Positions 25,116 through 33,496 of a DNA stretch of 61,232 bases are shown here, piece by piece. The notes beneath the pieces are model-generated. The model was not told the origin of the DNA. It did no database searches and worked only from the letters and a program-made list of their open reading frames with translations. The DNA comes from Candidatus Latescibacterota bacterium (lineage in GTDB: Bacteria; Latescibacterota; UBA2968; UBA8231): positions 1 through 61,232 of the forward strand of contig JAPYQE010000007.1 of NCBI GenBank assembly GCA_029941315.1, given 5' to 3'. A program made the position numbers and the translations under genes. The stretch's first letter is position 1. Each line of letters opens with the position of its first letter.

Positions 25116-27856
25116 TGGCTCAATCCCGCGTAAAGCGTCATAAAAACCAAACTCGACTCCTGTGCAGGGCGCCCTTCGAAACGTCGCTGTTGGAACTGCA
25201 CGCCGGTCGTCGTCACCAACTGATACCCCTGGTAGGCCGTGCGGTTGAGCAATTGCGCGACAGCCGTCCAATTAAAAAAATCGGCATCTACCTCTTCCCG
25301 CATCCCGTCTAAGAGCCAGAGCTTGCCCGCCTCGACGCCCACCTGCAGTTCGGTATTGAAAAGCTGACGGCCATAACGCGGATAATAGCTGACACCCACC
25401 GATTCGGCGAAGAGCGGTTGCGTCCACATTAAAAAGAAAATCTCTTCCACGCTGGTAGACGCCGGCAGGCGCGTGCTGAAAGGCCGTTCCTTGCGAAATT
25501 CGCTTTTGAAGCGCGGCTCCAATACGCCCAACCCCACCGGAATGCTCCACTCCGCTTTATTAATCACACCGAGAAAACCGCTCAATTTGCGCCCTTCCCG
25601 CAACGACACCTCATCCTCCGGATCCTGTTGTTCTACGATATCCCATTTGACCCGGTGCAATAACCGCACCTGCGCCCCCAACTGTTGGTCCAGATCAATA
25701 TACAGCGCGTTTTTCCAGGCGTTCAGCCCCGGCAGAAAATCGACCCGATCGAGCATGCGGCCCGGCCCGCCGATGGGCTGAAACCACTGGCGTAGGTCGT
25801 CGGGAATATTGTCGCGGACCCGACCGCCAAAATCGAAAATCCTCAACCGGCTGCCGCCCTTAAAACGATGGCTCCAAGCCCCCAAACCATACCAGAACCG
25901 GGTCTCGCCGTCGCCGACCACCAATCGCATATTCTGGCGCCCTACGCTCAACTCGAGGTCGGGCAATACCTCGACCTTGAGATAGGCGTTATAACCGCGG
26001 TGATCGCGTTTGTAGGGATAGTCCGGCTCAAGGTCGTTTTCGAAACGGTCTATAATGTCATTGTGGTTCATATCGAGGCCGAAGAGGAACTCGGGCCGAT
26101 CCGAGCGATAGCGCAGGAAGGGCTCTTCGTAATCGGGGAAGACATTCTGGTTCTGGTTATTGTCGTTGATAAAGTCGCCGTTTTCGTCCAAGCCCGGCCA
26201 GGCGACCTCGCGCTGACTCGAAAGGATGCTCGCCGATGACACCGTCGCCGACTCGGTAATCCCGCCCCAGCGTACGAAAAATGGCCGTTCCCATTCGGTC
26301 AACCCGTTGAGGTCGTCGTCGTCATCGACAAATTCGTAGACCTGGGGTATCTGGCTCTTAAATTTGATCCGGCCCGTACGGTCGGTGAGCCAGTAGCGGG
26401 TGCTGTAGTCGTCCTCGATTGAAAAACCCTCGCCGAAGAACATCCAGGGACCGAAGCGATAGGAACCATTGAGATAACCGGCGTGCGCGTTTTCGGCGAT
26501 CTCGTGGTGCACTGAAATATTGGGGTTGGGATAGCGCGAATAGCGACGATTAAGCACCAATTCGCCCATTAGCGAAAGCCCTTTCCAATCGCTCAAATTC
26601 CAATCAACGCCGTACAGTTCGCTGGCCGTCGGCAAACCATAATCAAGTCGTAGAACCTGCGTGTTGCTATTGTCCTGCACATTGCCCGCGGCCCGCGCGA
26701 CCGGCAAAAAAACAACCTCGGCATTACGCCGTTGGCCGTCGGTCTGCAAATCCGTCGCTATTTCAACCCTGTAATCATTGGCCAGCGACAGCTCGACCTG
26801 CACGCTCTGCAAATCTTCCGTCTGCACATCCTCAAAGTCGAGGCTGCCTAGATCAAATTCCAATAGGATACTTTCTTCGTCACGAGCAAATAGCCGCCCG
26901 CCTTGCAATACCCCACCCTCGCGCAAGGGCAAAAAGTCGATGTCGCGCCCCCGCAATTGGCGGCCACTGGTATCCGTCATCACGATATCAAAACCCGCCA
27001 GCGCCGCCCCCACCCCACCACGGCCCGGCGAATCGTCCCTGATCCGGACCCACAACTTGTCCAATGGCTGGTTCTCCAACGAAGTCAAAATGCCGCGCAG
27101 CGGGTTACCTTCGCCGAACTCGACTTGGGTTAGCACATTGTGCGCGTTGACATAGGTCAGCCCGAAGCTTGCTCCCGGCCCCGCCTGAAATTCGAGGTGG
27201 CTACCCATGACCGTTGTCGAATTGGTTTGCGCCTCGGCGTCGGGGTTACTCGGTCGCGACAAGAGCAGACTGGCCTGATACTGCTCGGCCGCGTAATCCA
27301 GGCGCACGCCATTGAAGCGCGGCTTATTGAAGGTCAGCGGGGTAAAACGGGTGAAGATCTCGTCGCCGATCATCAGCCGGTACGAGGCCCCGCCGCGCTG
27401 GTCCGAAGCGATGACCAGACGGTTAAAAAAATCGCGGTAGGCCGGACGCTGATTCGCCATCAGGTCCATCGAAGAAAGACCACCGCCGCGCTTGTCGATA
27501 AAGCTGCCCCTGGAGCCGACCTGCTCCTGGCTCCAGTTGTAAACCAACCAGCCCCGGCCCAAAGACTTGCCAAAGTTGTCAAAGCTCTCGTCGCCTTCGA
27601 GGATCAGACTGATATAACGCCGATAGGAGTCGCGGGCGAAATTGCTGCCGCGCGCGTACCAGGGCGACATATAGGTCTCAGGCTGATAGCGCGGCTCGTA
27701 CCATTTGTGTATCGCCGGCGAGACATAGGACATCTCGAAGCTCTCGGTATGCGCACCGCGCTGCGCGACGCCCCAGTGCAACGGATCAGATACTTGCGCG
27801 CCGGCCAGAGCCACCCACAACAGGCATAAACTTATGATCGTCGTATGGCGCATCAA
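25112..27856 (-). CDS. B1: 914-aa secreted protein of unrecognised family (outer-membrane beta-barrel-like by inference)
   Basis: Signal peptide MMRHTTIISLCLLWVALAGAQ. Paralog of B2 along its full length. Asp/Asn-rich block GLDENGDFINDNNQNQN..DMNHNDIIDRFENDLEPDYPYKRD. ATGA overlaps at both ends. Confidence 0.85.
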   Translation of the reverse strand: MMRHTTIISLCLLWVALAGAQVSDPLHWGVAQRGAHTESFEMSYVSPAIHKWYEPRYQPETYMSPWYARGSNFARDSYRRYISLILEGDESFDNFGKSLGRGWLVYNWSQEQVGSRGSFIDKRGGGLSSMDLMANQRPAYRDFFNRLVIASDQRGGASYRLMIGDEIFTRFTPLTFNKPRFNGVRLDYAAEQYQASLLLSRPSNPDAEAQTNSTTVMGSHLEFQAGPGASFGLTYVNAHNVLTQVEFGEGNPLRGILTSLENQPLDKLWVRIRDDSPGRGGVGAALAGFDIVMTDTSGRQLRGRDIDFLPLREGGVLQGGRLFARDEESILLEFDLGSLDFEDVQTEDLQSVQVELSLANDYRVEIATDLQTDGQRRNAEVVFLPVARAAGNVQDNSNTQVLRLDYGLPTASELYGVDWNLSDWKGLSLMGELVLNRRYSRYPNPNISVHHEIAENAHAGYLNGSYRFGPWMFFGEGFSIEDDYSTRYWLTDRTGRIKFKSQIPQVYEFVDDDDDLNGLTEWERPFFVRWGGITESATVSSASILSSQREVAWPGLDENGDFINDNNQNQNVFPDYEEPFLRYRSDRPEFLFGLDMNHNDIIDRFENDLEPDYPYKRDHRGYNAYLKVEVLPDLELSVGRQNMRLVVGDGETRFWYGLGAWSHRFKGGSRLRIFDFGGRVRDNIPDDLRQWFQPIGGPGRMLDRVDFLPGLNAWKNALYIDLDQQLGAQVRLLHRVKWDIVEQQDPEDEVSLREGRKLSGFLGVINKAEWSIPVGLGVLEPRFKSEFRKERPFSTRLPASTSVEEIFFLMWTQPLFAESVGVSYYPRYGRQLFNTELQVGVEAGKLWLLDGMREEVDADFFNWTAVAQLLNRTAYQGYQLVTTTGVQFQQRRFEGRPAQESSLVFMTLYAGLSQ

Positions 27857-30378
27857 TAGACCACGTGCACCAGTCTGGAAGCGTAGACTCCAGCCACATC
27901 ACTATCGGCAGCGAAACCAACGCGCGCCATGTAAATGCCCGGCGGCACAATCTCGCCGACCTCGTCGCGCCCGTCCCATGCGACTCGACGCTCGCCACTA
28001 GGGTGCGCGGCATCGATCGACAAATCGCGCAACTGCCGCCCCGCCAGATCGTAAATTTCCACCCGCAGTTGCTTCTCGCCTTCAAGGTGAAAAATCGACA
28101 AGGTTATGTCCGTAATATCATTGACGCCATCGCCATTGGGTGTAAACGCGCGCGGCACCACCTGCACATTTTCCAATAGCCGCGTCCGCTCCAGGTCCGA
28201 CACTACTACCAGCGACTGACTCGATACCAGGGCGCTGGCATCACCATCGCTGACCACCTGCACTCGTCCCGGCCTGCTCGCCCGTTCCAACTCGGCGGTA
28301 AAGGTCGTGCTCTGTAAAAATACCTTGGTGCGGAATTTGATCTCGTAGATCGGATTGCCACGCAGCACCGGTGCGGGAAAAAACAGTTCGACCTCGCCCT
28401 CCGCCCCCGGTTCCAATAGTAATTCGCCCGGCCACAAATCCTGGCCAGAGCCGATGCGCAACGCCGTATCCCCACCCGATCGCACCGAGAGCAACTCAAT
28501 CGGCGCCGCCGAAGAAGAGCGCAGGCGCAAACGGTCGAAGCCCGGATTGCCCGCCGCGAATTCGGGCTGCAAATAAAGCGTAAAGTCCTGCTCAACCCCC
28601 GGTTCGATCTGCCATACCGGCCAAATCTCGCCGACCACCTTGTCGACCAAAGGCGGCTCGAAACGCAAGCGTAGATCGCGGATCTTGGCCGCCCTGAGCG
28701 GCTCGCGCGACAAAAGCCGCACCTGTACTTGCACAAAGGCGCGTGGACTCGGCGATTTGAAGGCGAGGCCCGAGGCCTCGTAGACCTCACTCCAACTGCT
28801 CCAATGCGGGCCAGCAACTTTTTCGATCACGACAGCCGGACGCCTATTTTCTGGGAGCAGGTCCCACAGGCTCTTGGCGATCTCACGACCGGTCACCGCA
28901 AAATAATGCGGTATCTCGATAATCTCTTCGCCGCTGCGGGTGCGAACCTCGACCTGGGTGCCTGGCGGCTCTTCCCCCTCCCACTCCACCACGGAAAACA
29001 ACCGCGGTCTATCCAGCGGGATAAAGGGCGAGGTCATTTCCACCTCGGAGACAAAACCCTCGCCATAGGCCTGGATCTCGCTGATAAAACCGTCGACCGA
29101 TTCGTTGGGATTAAATTCGAGGTGGCGCATTTCGATAAAGCGCACTTCCTGCAGCGGAAAGGTCTCTTCGAGATGCTGGTGGCCGCTGAGGTTGCGTTTT
29201 TCGTCGAAACTGTTCCAGATCCGTTCCCCATTAGGACTCAACGCCCCATTCGAAACCCGCAACTGATAAGCCAGCGGCGGCATCTCATTGGCCGGCGCGA
29301 GCAGTTTGATGCGGTCGAGCCAGTATTTGGCGCCCAAGTCGATCTTCAGTTGCCGCTCGTCGGTCACCGGATCGTAGATCGGCACGTCAAAGCTCGAAGA
29401 ATAGAGTCCGTCGGAAAAAATCTTGCGGAAGAGAAATTCAAAACCGCCTTCGTCGGCTCCGCGTTCGACCTCGCTCTGGGTCAGCTTCACCACATTCTGG
29501 CCAAGAGCAAAAACCTCGACCTCGGCCAAGCGGGGACGCTCGTGACGATAATAGCGCACCGGTCCGTGCTCGTCCTCCGGCAAGTCGAAATAATCACGCT
29601 CGGAAATAAGGATCTCGCGCCCGCCCACCGTCACACGAAAATAATCGACGGCGCCCCGGTCGTCTTCGGCCAAGATCTCATAGGTCTCGGCATTCACTTC
29701 CTGCGCTCTGGGCCCGTCGGTATCGAGCACGTCGAGCCGCAAAAACTGAATAATCTCGCCTTCGATGCCGTCGGTGACCTGGCGGTTGGGTTTGATGTCG
29801 AAAATATATTCGCGTTGGTTTTTATTGGGTTTGGTCTCCAAACCAATGCGAAAGAAGCGCCGGCGCTGATCGCGCCCCTGCCCGAAACGCAGCCCATCCG
29901 AGGCCATCAAACGAAACTTCAAAAAGGGATCGCCCTGTCCCTCATCGACAAAGCGCAGCACTACTCTGCGGGCGATTACCGCCCGCCCCAAATCAATCTC
30001 CAGAAACCACTGGTCCACCGGCGAGCTACGCAAAGGCTCCCAATAGGTGCTGGGATTGCGATCCAAAATAGCCGCCGCCTGGTCCCGGCTGGTGCCTACC
30101 TCACTAATACCGCCCTGCAGAGTGTCTTGCGACACGAAGGGGTTTACGTAGATAAAGTCGACCGCGTTTTGCGCCACCTCGATATCGCTGCGCAGAAAAC
30201 GCGGTTCGACGGTGCCGTCTTCGCGTACGATCTGCACCCCGGTGGGCGCATCCCAGGCCTGCCAGTGCACCGGTTCGTTGATGCGCACTTGGTTAAAAAG
30301 TAGGCGGTAGCCTTCGCTTTCCTGGGCGAAAAGCGGATGGGCCAGAAAGAACAGTAGAATAGGTAGTATTATGCGCAC
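27853..30378 (-). CDS. A1: 841-aa secreted protein with discoidin-like motifs and a C-terminal TPNGDGVND domain; function unknown
   Basis: GTG start. Signal peptide MRIILPILLFFLAHPLFAQ. LDRNPSTYWEP..WFLEIDLGRAVIARRVVLRF and KIDLGAKYWLDRIKLLAP. C-terminus FTPNGDGVNDITDI..IYDLAGRQL..WDGRDEVGEIVPPGIYM. Confidence 0.85.
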   Translation of the reverse strand: MRIILPILLFFLAHPLFAQESEGYRLLFNQVRINEPVHWQAWDAPTGVQIVREDGTVEPRFLRSDIEVAQNAVDFIYVNPFVSQDTLQGGISEVGTSRDQAAAILDRNPSTYWEPLRSSPVDQWFLEIDLGRAVIARRVVLRFVDEGQGDPFLKFRLMASDGLRFGQGRDQRRRFFRIGLETKPNKNQREYIFDIKPNRQVTDGIEGEIIQFLRLDVLDTDGPRAQEVNAETYEILAEDDRGAVDYFRVTVGGREILISERDYFDLPEDEHGPVRYYRHERPRLAEVEVFALGQNVVKLTQSEVERGADEGGFEFLFRKIFSDGLYSSSFDVPIYDPVTDERQLKIDLGAKYWLDRIKLLAPANEMPPLAYQLRVSNGALSPNGERIWNSFDEKRNLSGHQHLEETFPLQEVRFIEMRHLEFNPNESVDGFISEIQAYGEGFVSEVEMTSPFIPLDRPRLFSVVEWEGEEPPGTQVEVRTRSGEEIIEIPHYFAVTGREIAKSLWDLLPENRRPAVVIEKVAGPHWSSWSEVYEASGLAFKSPSPRAFVQVQVRLLSREPLRAAKIRDLRLRFEPPLVDKVVGEIWPVWQIEPGVEQDFTLYLQPEFAAGNPGFDRLRLRSSSAAPIELLSVRSGGDTALRIGSGQDLWPGELLLEPGAEGEVELFFPAPVLRGNPIYEIKFRTKVFLQSTTFTAELERASRPGRVQVVSDGDASALVSSQSLVVVSDLERTRLLENVQVVPRAFTPNGDGVNDITDITLSIFHLEGEKQLRVEIYDLAGRQLRDLSIDAAHPSGERRVAWDGRDEVGEIVPPGIYMARVGFAADSDVAGVYASRLVHVVY

Positions 30379-30674
30379 TGGACTAGCAAGATTTTTACCG
30401 AGAAATGGGGGTATGCAATTGAGTTAGTGTACGCACTGTAAGTTACGAAATTTCCAGCTAAAAGTGACCCATGACACGAGCGCGAATCTCGTGCTAACCC
30501 GTCACAAGATATCACCGGAAGGTAGCGGCTGCTTGATAAAGACGTATCAATTAGGTAGACCGCTATAAAAACGACGATTGCTAGCATAGGGACAAGGGTG
30601 GATGGTGCCGATTCACATTGAATAGTTTACAATACATGCTGCCGCAAAGCGCATAATAAGATATCGGACATCCG

Positions 30675-31883
30675 TCATCTGGTCGTTTCTTCCCGCAAGA
30701 TATCGAGATAGCGCTCACCATAACCCTCGTATTCTAGTCCCTCGCTATACGCTCCGTCGCGACCATCGAGGCTCGTTGGCGCCGCCTCGACCACCGGTTC
30801 GATCTGGGTGTCCTCGTGCCACTCGTTCCACGAAGTAACCAGCAGCATATGTCCGGTAGCCGGTTCCGTGTAGGACGCCGCCTGCTGCAACATAGCGCGA
30901 AAGAGGCTGCCGGGTTCACTCGTCTTGGTCAGCTTGCGAGACACCGCCGGGTGCCCATCGCGCACACCTTTGTCGTTGAAACCCGGTGTGGCGGCGGGAA
31001 CAAACGCCGCACCCGCTGCATTCGCCAACTTCTGCCATTTGCTCTGCGCCGCATAATAAGCATCAACTTTCTGCTGCCCGGCGTAGCCCTGCGCGCCCAT
31101 ACTACCATATACATCGTAATTCGTCACGCCGTCGAGCAGTCCGAGGGCGGACGAATTTGTCGGTTGTCCGAATACCTGGTCGCCGACGATATAAATGTCG
31201 TGGCCCGCATCCGTTGCCGCATTGCGCATTCGCGCTACCACCTCGTCGAGCACACCATTGCGCGACAGCACGCGCGTTAGATAGACAAATAACACGGGGC
31301 GACCGTCGATGCGCAGATAGTTTGCATGATCGAAATAATTGGCCGCCATATGGGCGATATCCGCGGAGACATTGGACATATCCTCGAACTCGGGAATACG
31401 CCCGGAGGTCTCGTAGAATAACGCCACTTGCATATCCCCCAGTTCCTCATGCGGCAAAATGCGCTGCAATAACGTAGTATCCTCGCGGCGACCCGGCCCC
31501 CACCAACTAGCGACCCACAGCGACACATTGGCGGCGCGACTCCACTGCAAATGCTGGGCGATGACCTCTGGGGCGCGGTCGTCATACTCGCCAAGGCTGG
31601 GTGGCTGCGGCGGTTGCAAATGCTCGCGCATATAGCGACCACCATGAAAATCACCTGCATACCACGGGTAATAATAAACGCCGACCGTATAGGCCGAGTC
31701 CAAAGCTGGGTCTTCGGAATCGATCATCTCCTGCCCTTTTGTAGAATTTGTCGTCCCTTGCCCTGTGCAGGCACTCGCCAAGGCAAGAAAAAAGCTACAG
31801 GCGCAAACGAGCAACAAGGCCCGTTGAGATGGGTCAGATATGCTATACTGAGACGTTTTTGCAAGCTTTGCCGAGTTGTTCAA
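30675..31883 (-). CDS. GH99-like glycoside hydrolase lipoprotein
   Basis: Lipobox FLALASAC. GVYYYPWY..LGEYDDRAPEVIAQHLQWSRAANVSLWVASWWGPG matches the GH99-type N-terminal pattern as I recall it. Not verified by search. Confidence 0.5.
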   Translation of the reverse strand: MNNSAKLAKTSQYSISDPSQRALLLVCACSFFLALASACTGQGTTNSTKGQEMIDSEDPALDSAYTVGVYYYPWYAGDFHGGRYMREHLQPPQPPSLGEYDDRAPEVIAQHLQWSRAANVSLWVASWWGPGRREDTTLLQRILPHEELGDMQVALFYETSGRIPEFEDMSNVSADIAHMAANYFDHANYLRIDGRPVLFVYLTRVLSRNGVLDEVVARMRNAATDAGHDIYIVGDQVFGQPTNSSALGLLDGVTNYDVYGSMGAQGYAGQQKVDAYYAAQSKWQKLANAAGAAFVPAATPGFNDKGVRDGHPAVSRKLTKTSEPGSLFRAMLQQAASYTEPATGHMLLVTSWNEWHEDTQIEPVVEAAPTSLDGRDGAYSEGLEYEGYGERYLDILREETTR

Positions 31884-31992
31884 TTTAGTCCTTTTAGTCC
31901 TTTATGGCGCTGTAGTAGCACTCTTTTTTTATGTTGAGACCAGTCTGGCCCAAAATGCAACACCTCATTTACCCTCTCAATAAAACTCGCTT

Positions 31993-33423
31993 TCAAATGC
32001 CGCCAATGCGGCGCGGACCCCGATCCATGGCTATCACAGAGGTGTCAAAACTGCGTTTGATAAGATCGGCGCGGATATTGGCAAAGGCCGGATTCTCCCA
32101 CTGATTGTCAAATTCGTCGGGATCCTCCTGCAAGTCGTAGAGTTCGCCGTAGTCGCGACCGTGGTAGACGACGAGTTTGTAGCGCCGATCGCGGTACATC
32201 GTGGCGAGCGTGCCATCGCGGGCCTTTAGTGCATCGTAATACTCACAGCGCACGAAGTCCCGGTGATGCTCCGGCGAAACCTCCCCGGTCAGTATCGGTG
32301 CCAGTGATTTTCCGGTCATATTCTCGGGGATCTCCTGCCCACACAACTGCAACAGCGTCGGCGCCTTGTCGCTCAACTCCACCAACGCATCCGAGCGCTG
32401 TCCCGCCTCAATATGACCGGGCCAGGAGAAAATTAGCGGCACTCGCACAAGCCCTTCGTAGAAACGACAGCCCTTCTGTAGCAAACCGTGATCACCCAGC
32501 GTCTCGCCGTGGTCAGAGGTAAAGACGACGATTGTATTGTCGCGTTGCCCGCTCTCTTCCAAAGCCTGTAGGATTCGCCCCAACTGGTCGTCGACCAGTT
32601 TGATCATCGCATAGTAGACCGATTTTAGCAGGCGGGCGTCACTCGGTTTCCAGGGCGCGTCTTTCTCCGCGGAGTAATAGTCATTCTTCCAGGTCAACTC
32701 CTCCGGGTAGCACCCCTTTGATTGAAAGTCGGCAAAGGACAGCCGCTCCTGTTCGGCAAGGTCAGACTCGCGAAATAATGGTCCTGGCATGTCGGCCGGG
32801 TCAAACAGATCGCGGTACTCGCGCGGTGCATTGAACGGCGGGTGCGGATCGTAGATATTGACACTGGCCAGCCATGGGGTATCGCGCTTTTGTGCCATAA
32901 ATTCGATGGTCTTGTCGGCACACCACGTCGTCTGGTGATACTCGGTGGGCACACCGTCCGGGTCGGGCACTAGGTCGCCGAGGATCTTGCCCTTTTCACG
33001 CACCCAGTCAGCATAACCATGGCCCACGGGCCAGTCGTCGCGCGGCGCGTGGCTATACTCCCAATAGCGGTAGCCGTCGGCGGCGCGTGGCTCGATGCCC
33101 TGCGAAGCGCTGGCCAGATGCAACTTGCCGATCAAACCGCAGTCGTAACCCGCATCGGCGAATGTGCGCGTCACCAGCTTTGGTCGCTGCGGAAAGTATT
33201 CGAGACCATTGCCGTTAACATGCACCGCGCTGGCATACATACCGGTGAGGAAACTGGCGCGGCTCGGCGTGCAAATCGGGCTCTGACAATAGGCGTGGGT
33301 GAAGGTCGTACCCGAGGCGACCAAGCTATCGATATTGGGTGTCGACACATGTTCGTTTCCCAGAGCGGCGATCGTATCGTAGCGCTGCTGGTCGGTGCAA
33401 ATCCAGAGAATATTTGGCGTCAT
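31993..33423 (-). CDS. arylsulfatase-family sulfatase, no signal peptide
   Basis: ILWICTDQQRYD, CTPSRASFLTG (CxPxR formylglycine motif), GKLH and TSDHGE. Confidence 0.9.
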   Translation of the reverse strand: MTPNILWICTDQQRYDTIAALGNEHVSTPNIDSLVASGTTFTHAYCQSPICTPSRASFLTGMYASAVHVNGNGLEYFPQRPKLVTRTFADAGYDCGLIGKLHLASASQGIEPRAADGYRYWEYSHAPRDDWPVGHGYADWVREKGKILGDLVPDPDGVPTEYHQTTWCADKTIEFMAQKRDTPWLASVNIYDPHPPFNAPREYRDLFDPADMPGPLFRESDLAEQERLSFADFQSKGCYPEELTWKNDYYSAEKDAPWKPSDARLLKSVYYAMIKLVDDQLGRILQALEESGQRDNTIVVFTSDHGETLGDHGLLQKGCRFYEGLVRVPLIFSWPGHIEAGQRSDALVELSDKAPTLLQLCGQEIPENMTGKSLAPILTGEVSPEHHRDFVRCEYYDALKARDGTLATMYRDRRYKLVVYHGRDYGELYDLQEDPDEFDNQWENPAFANIRADLIKRSFDTSVIAMDRGPRRIGGI

Positions 33424-33496
33424 ATATAGGGCCTCGTTATCATCGATGAAATAAATTGCGTGGGGTCCAATAGGGAAGGAATGTTCTCCGTTCGAC

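Noticed and set aside
25116-25271. 52-codon N-terminal extension of A2 overlapping the end of B1
   Set aside because: The signal peptide begins at the Met encoded at 25115, which forms the same ATGA coupling seen at the other junctions. The extension has no features.
28729-30303. 524-aa ORF on the plus strand
   Set aside because: Antisense to A1 (27853-30378), which has a signal peptide, paralogs and a conserved CTD. The plus-strand product is low-complexity with no start context.
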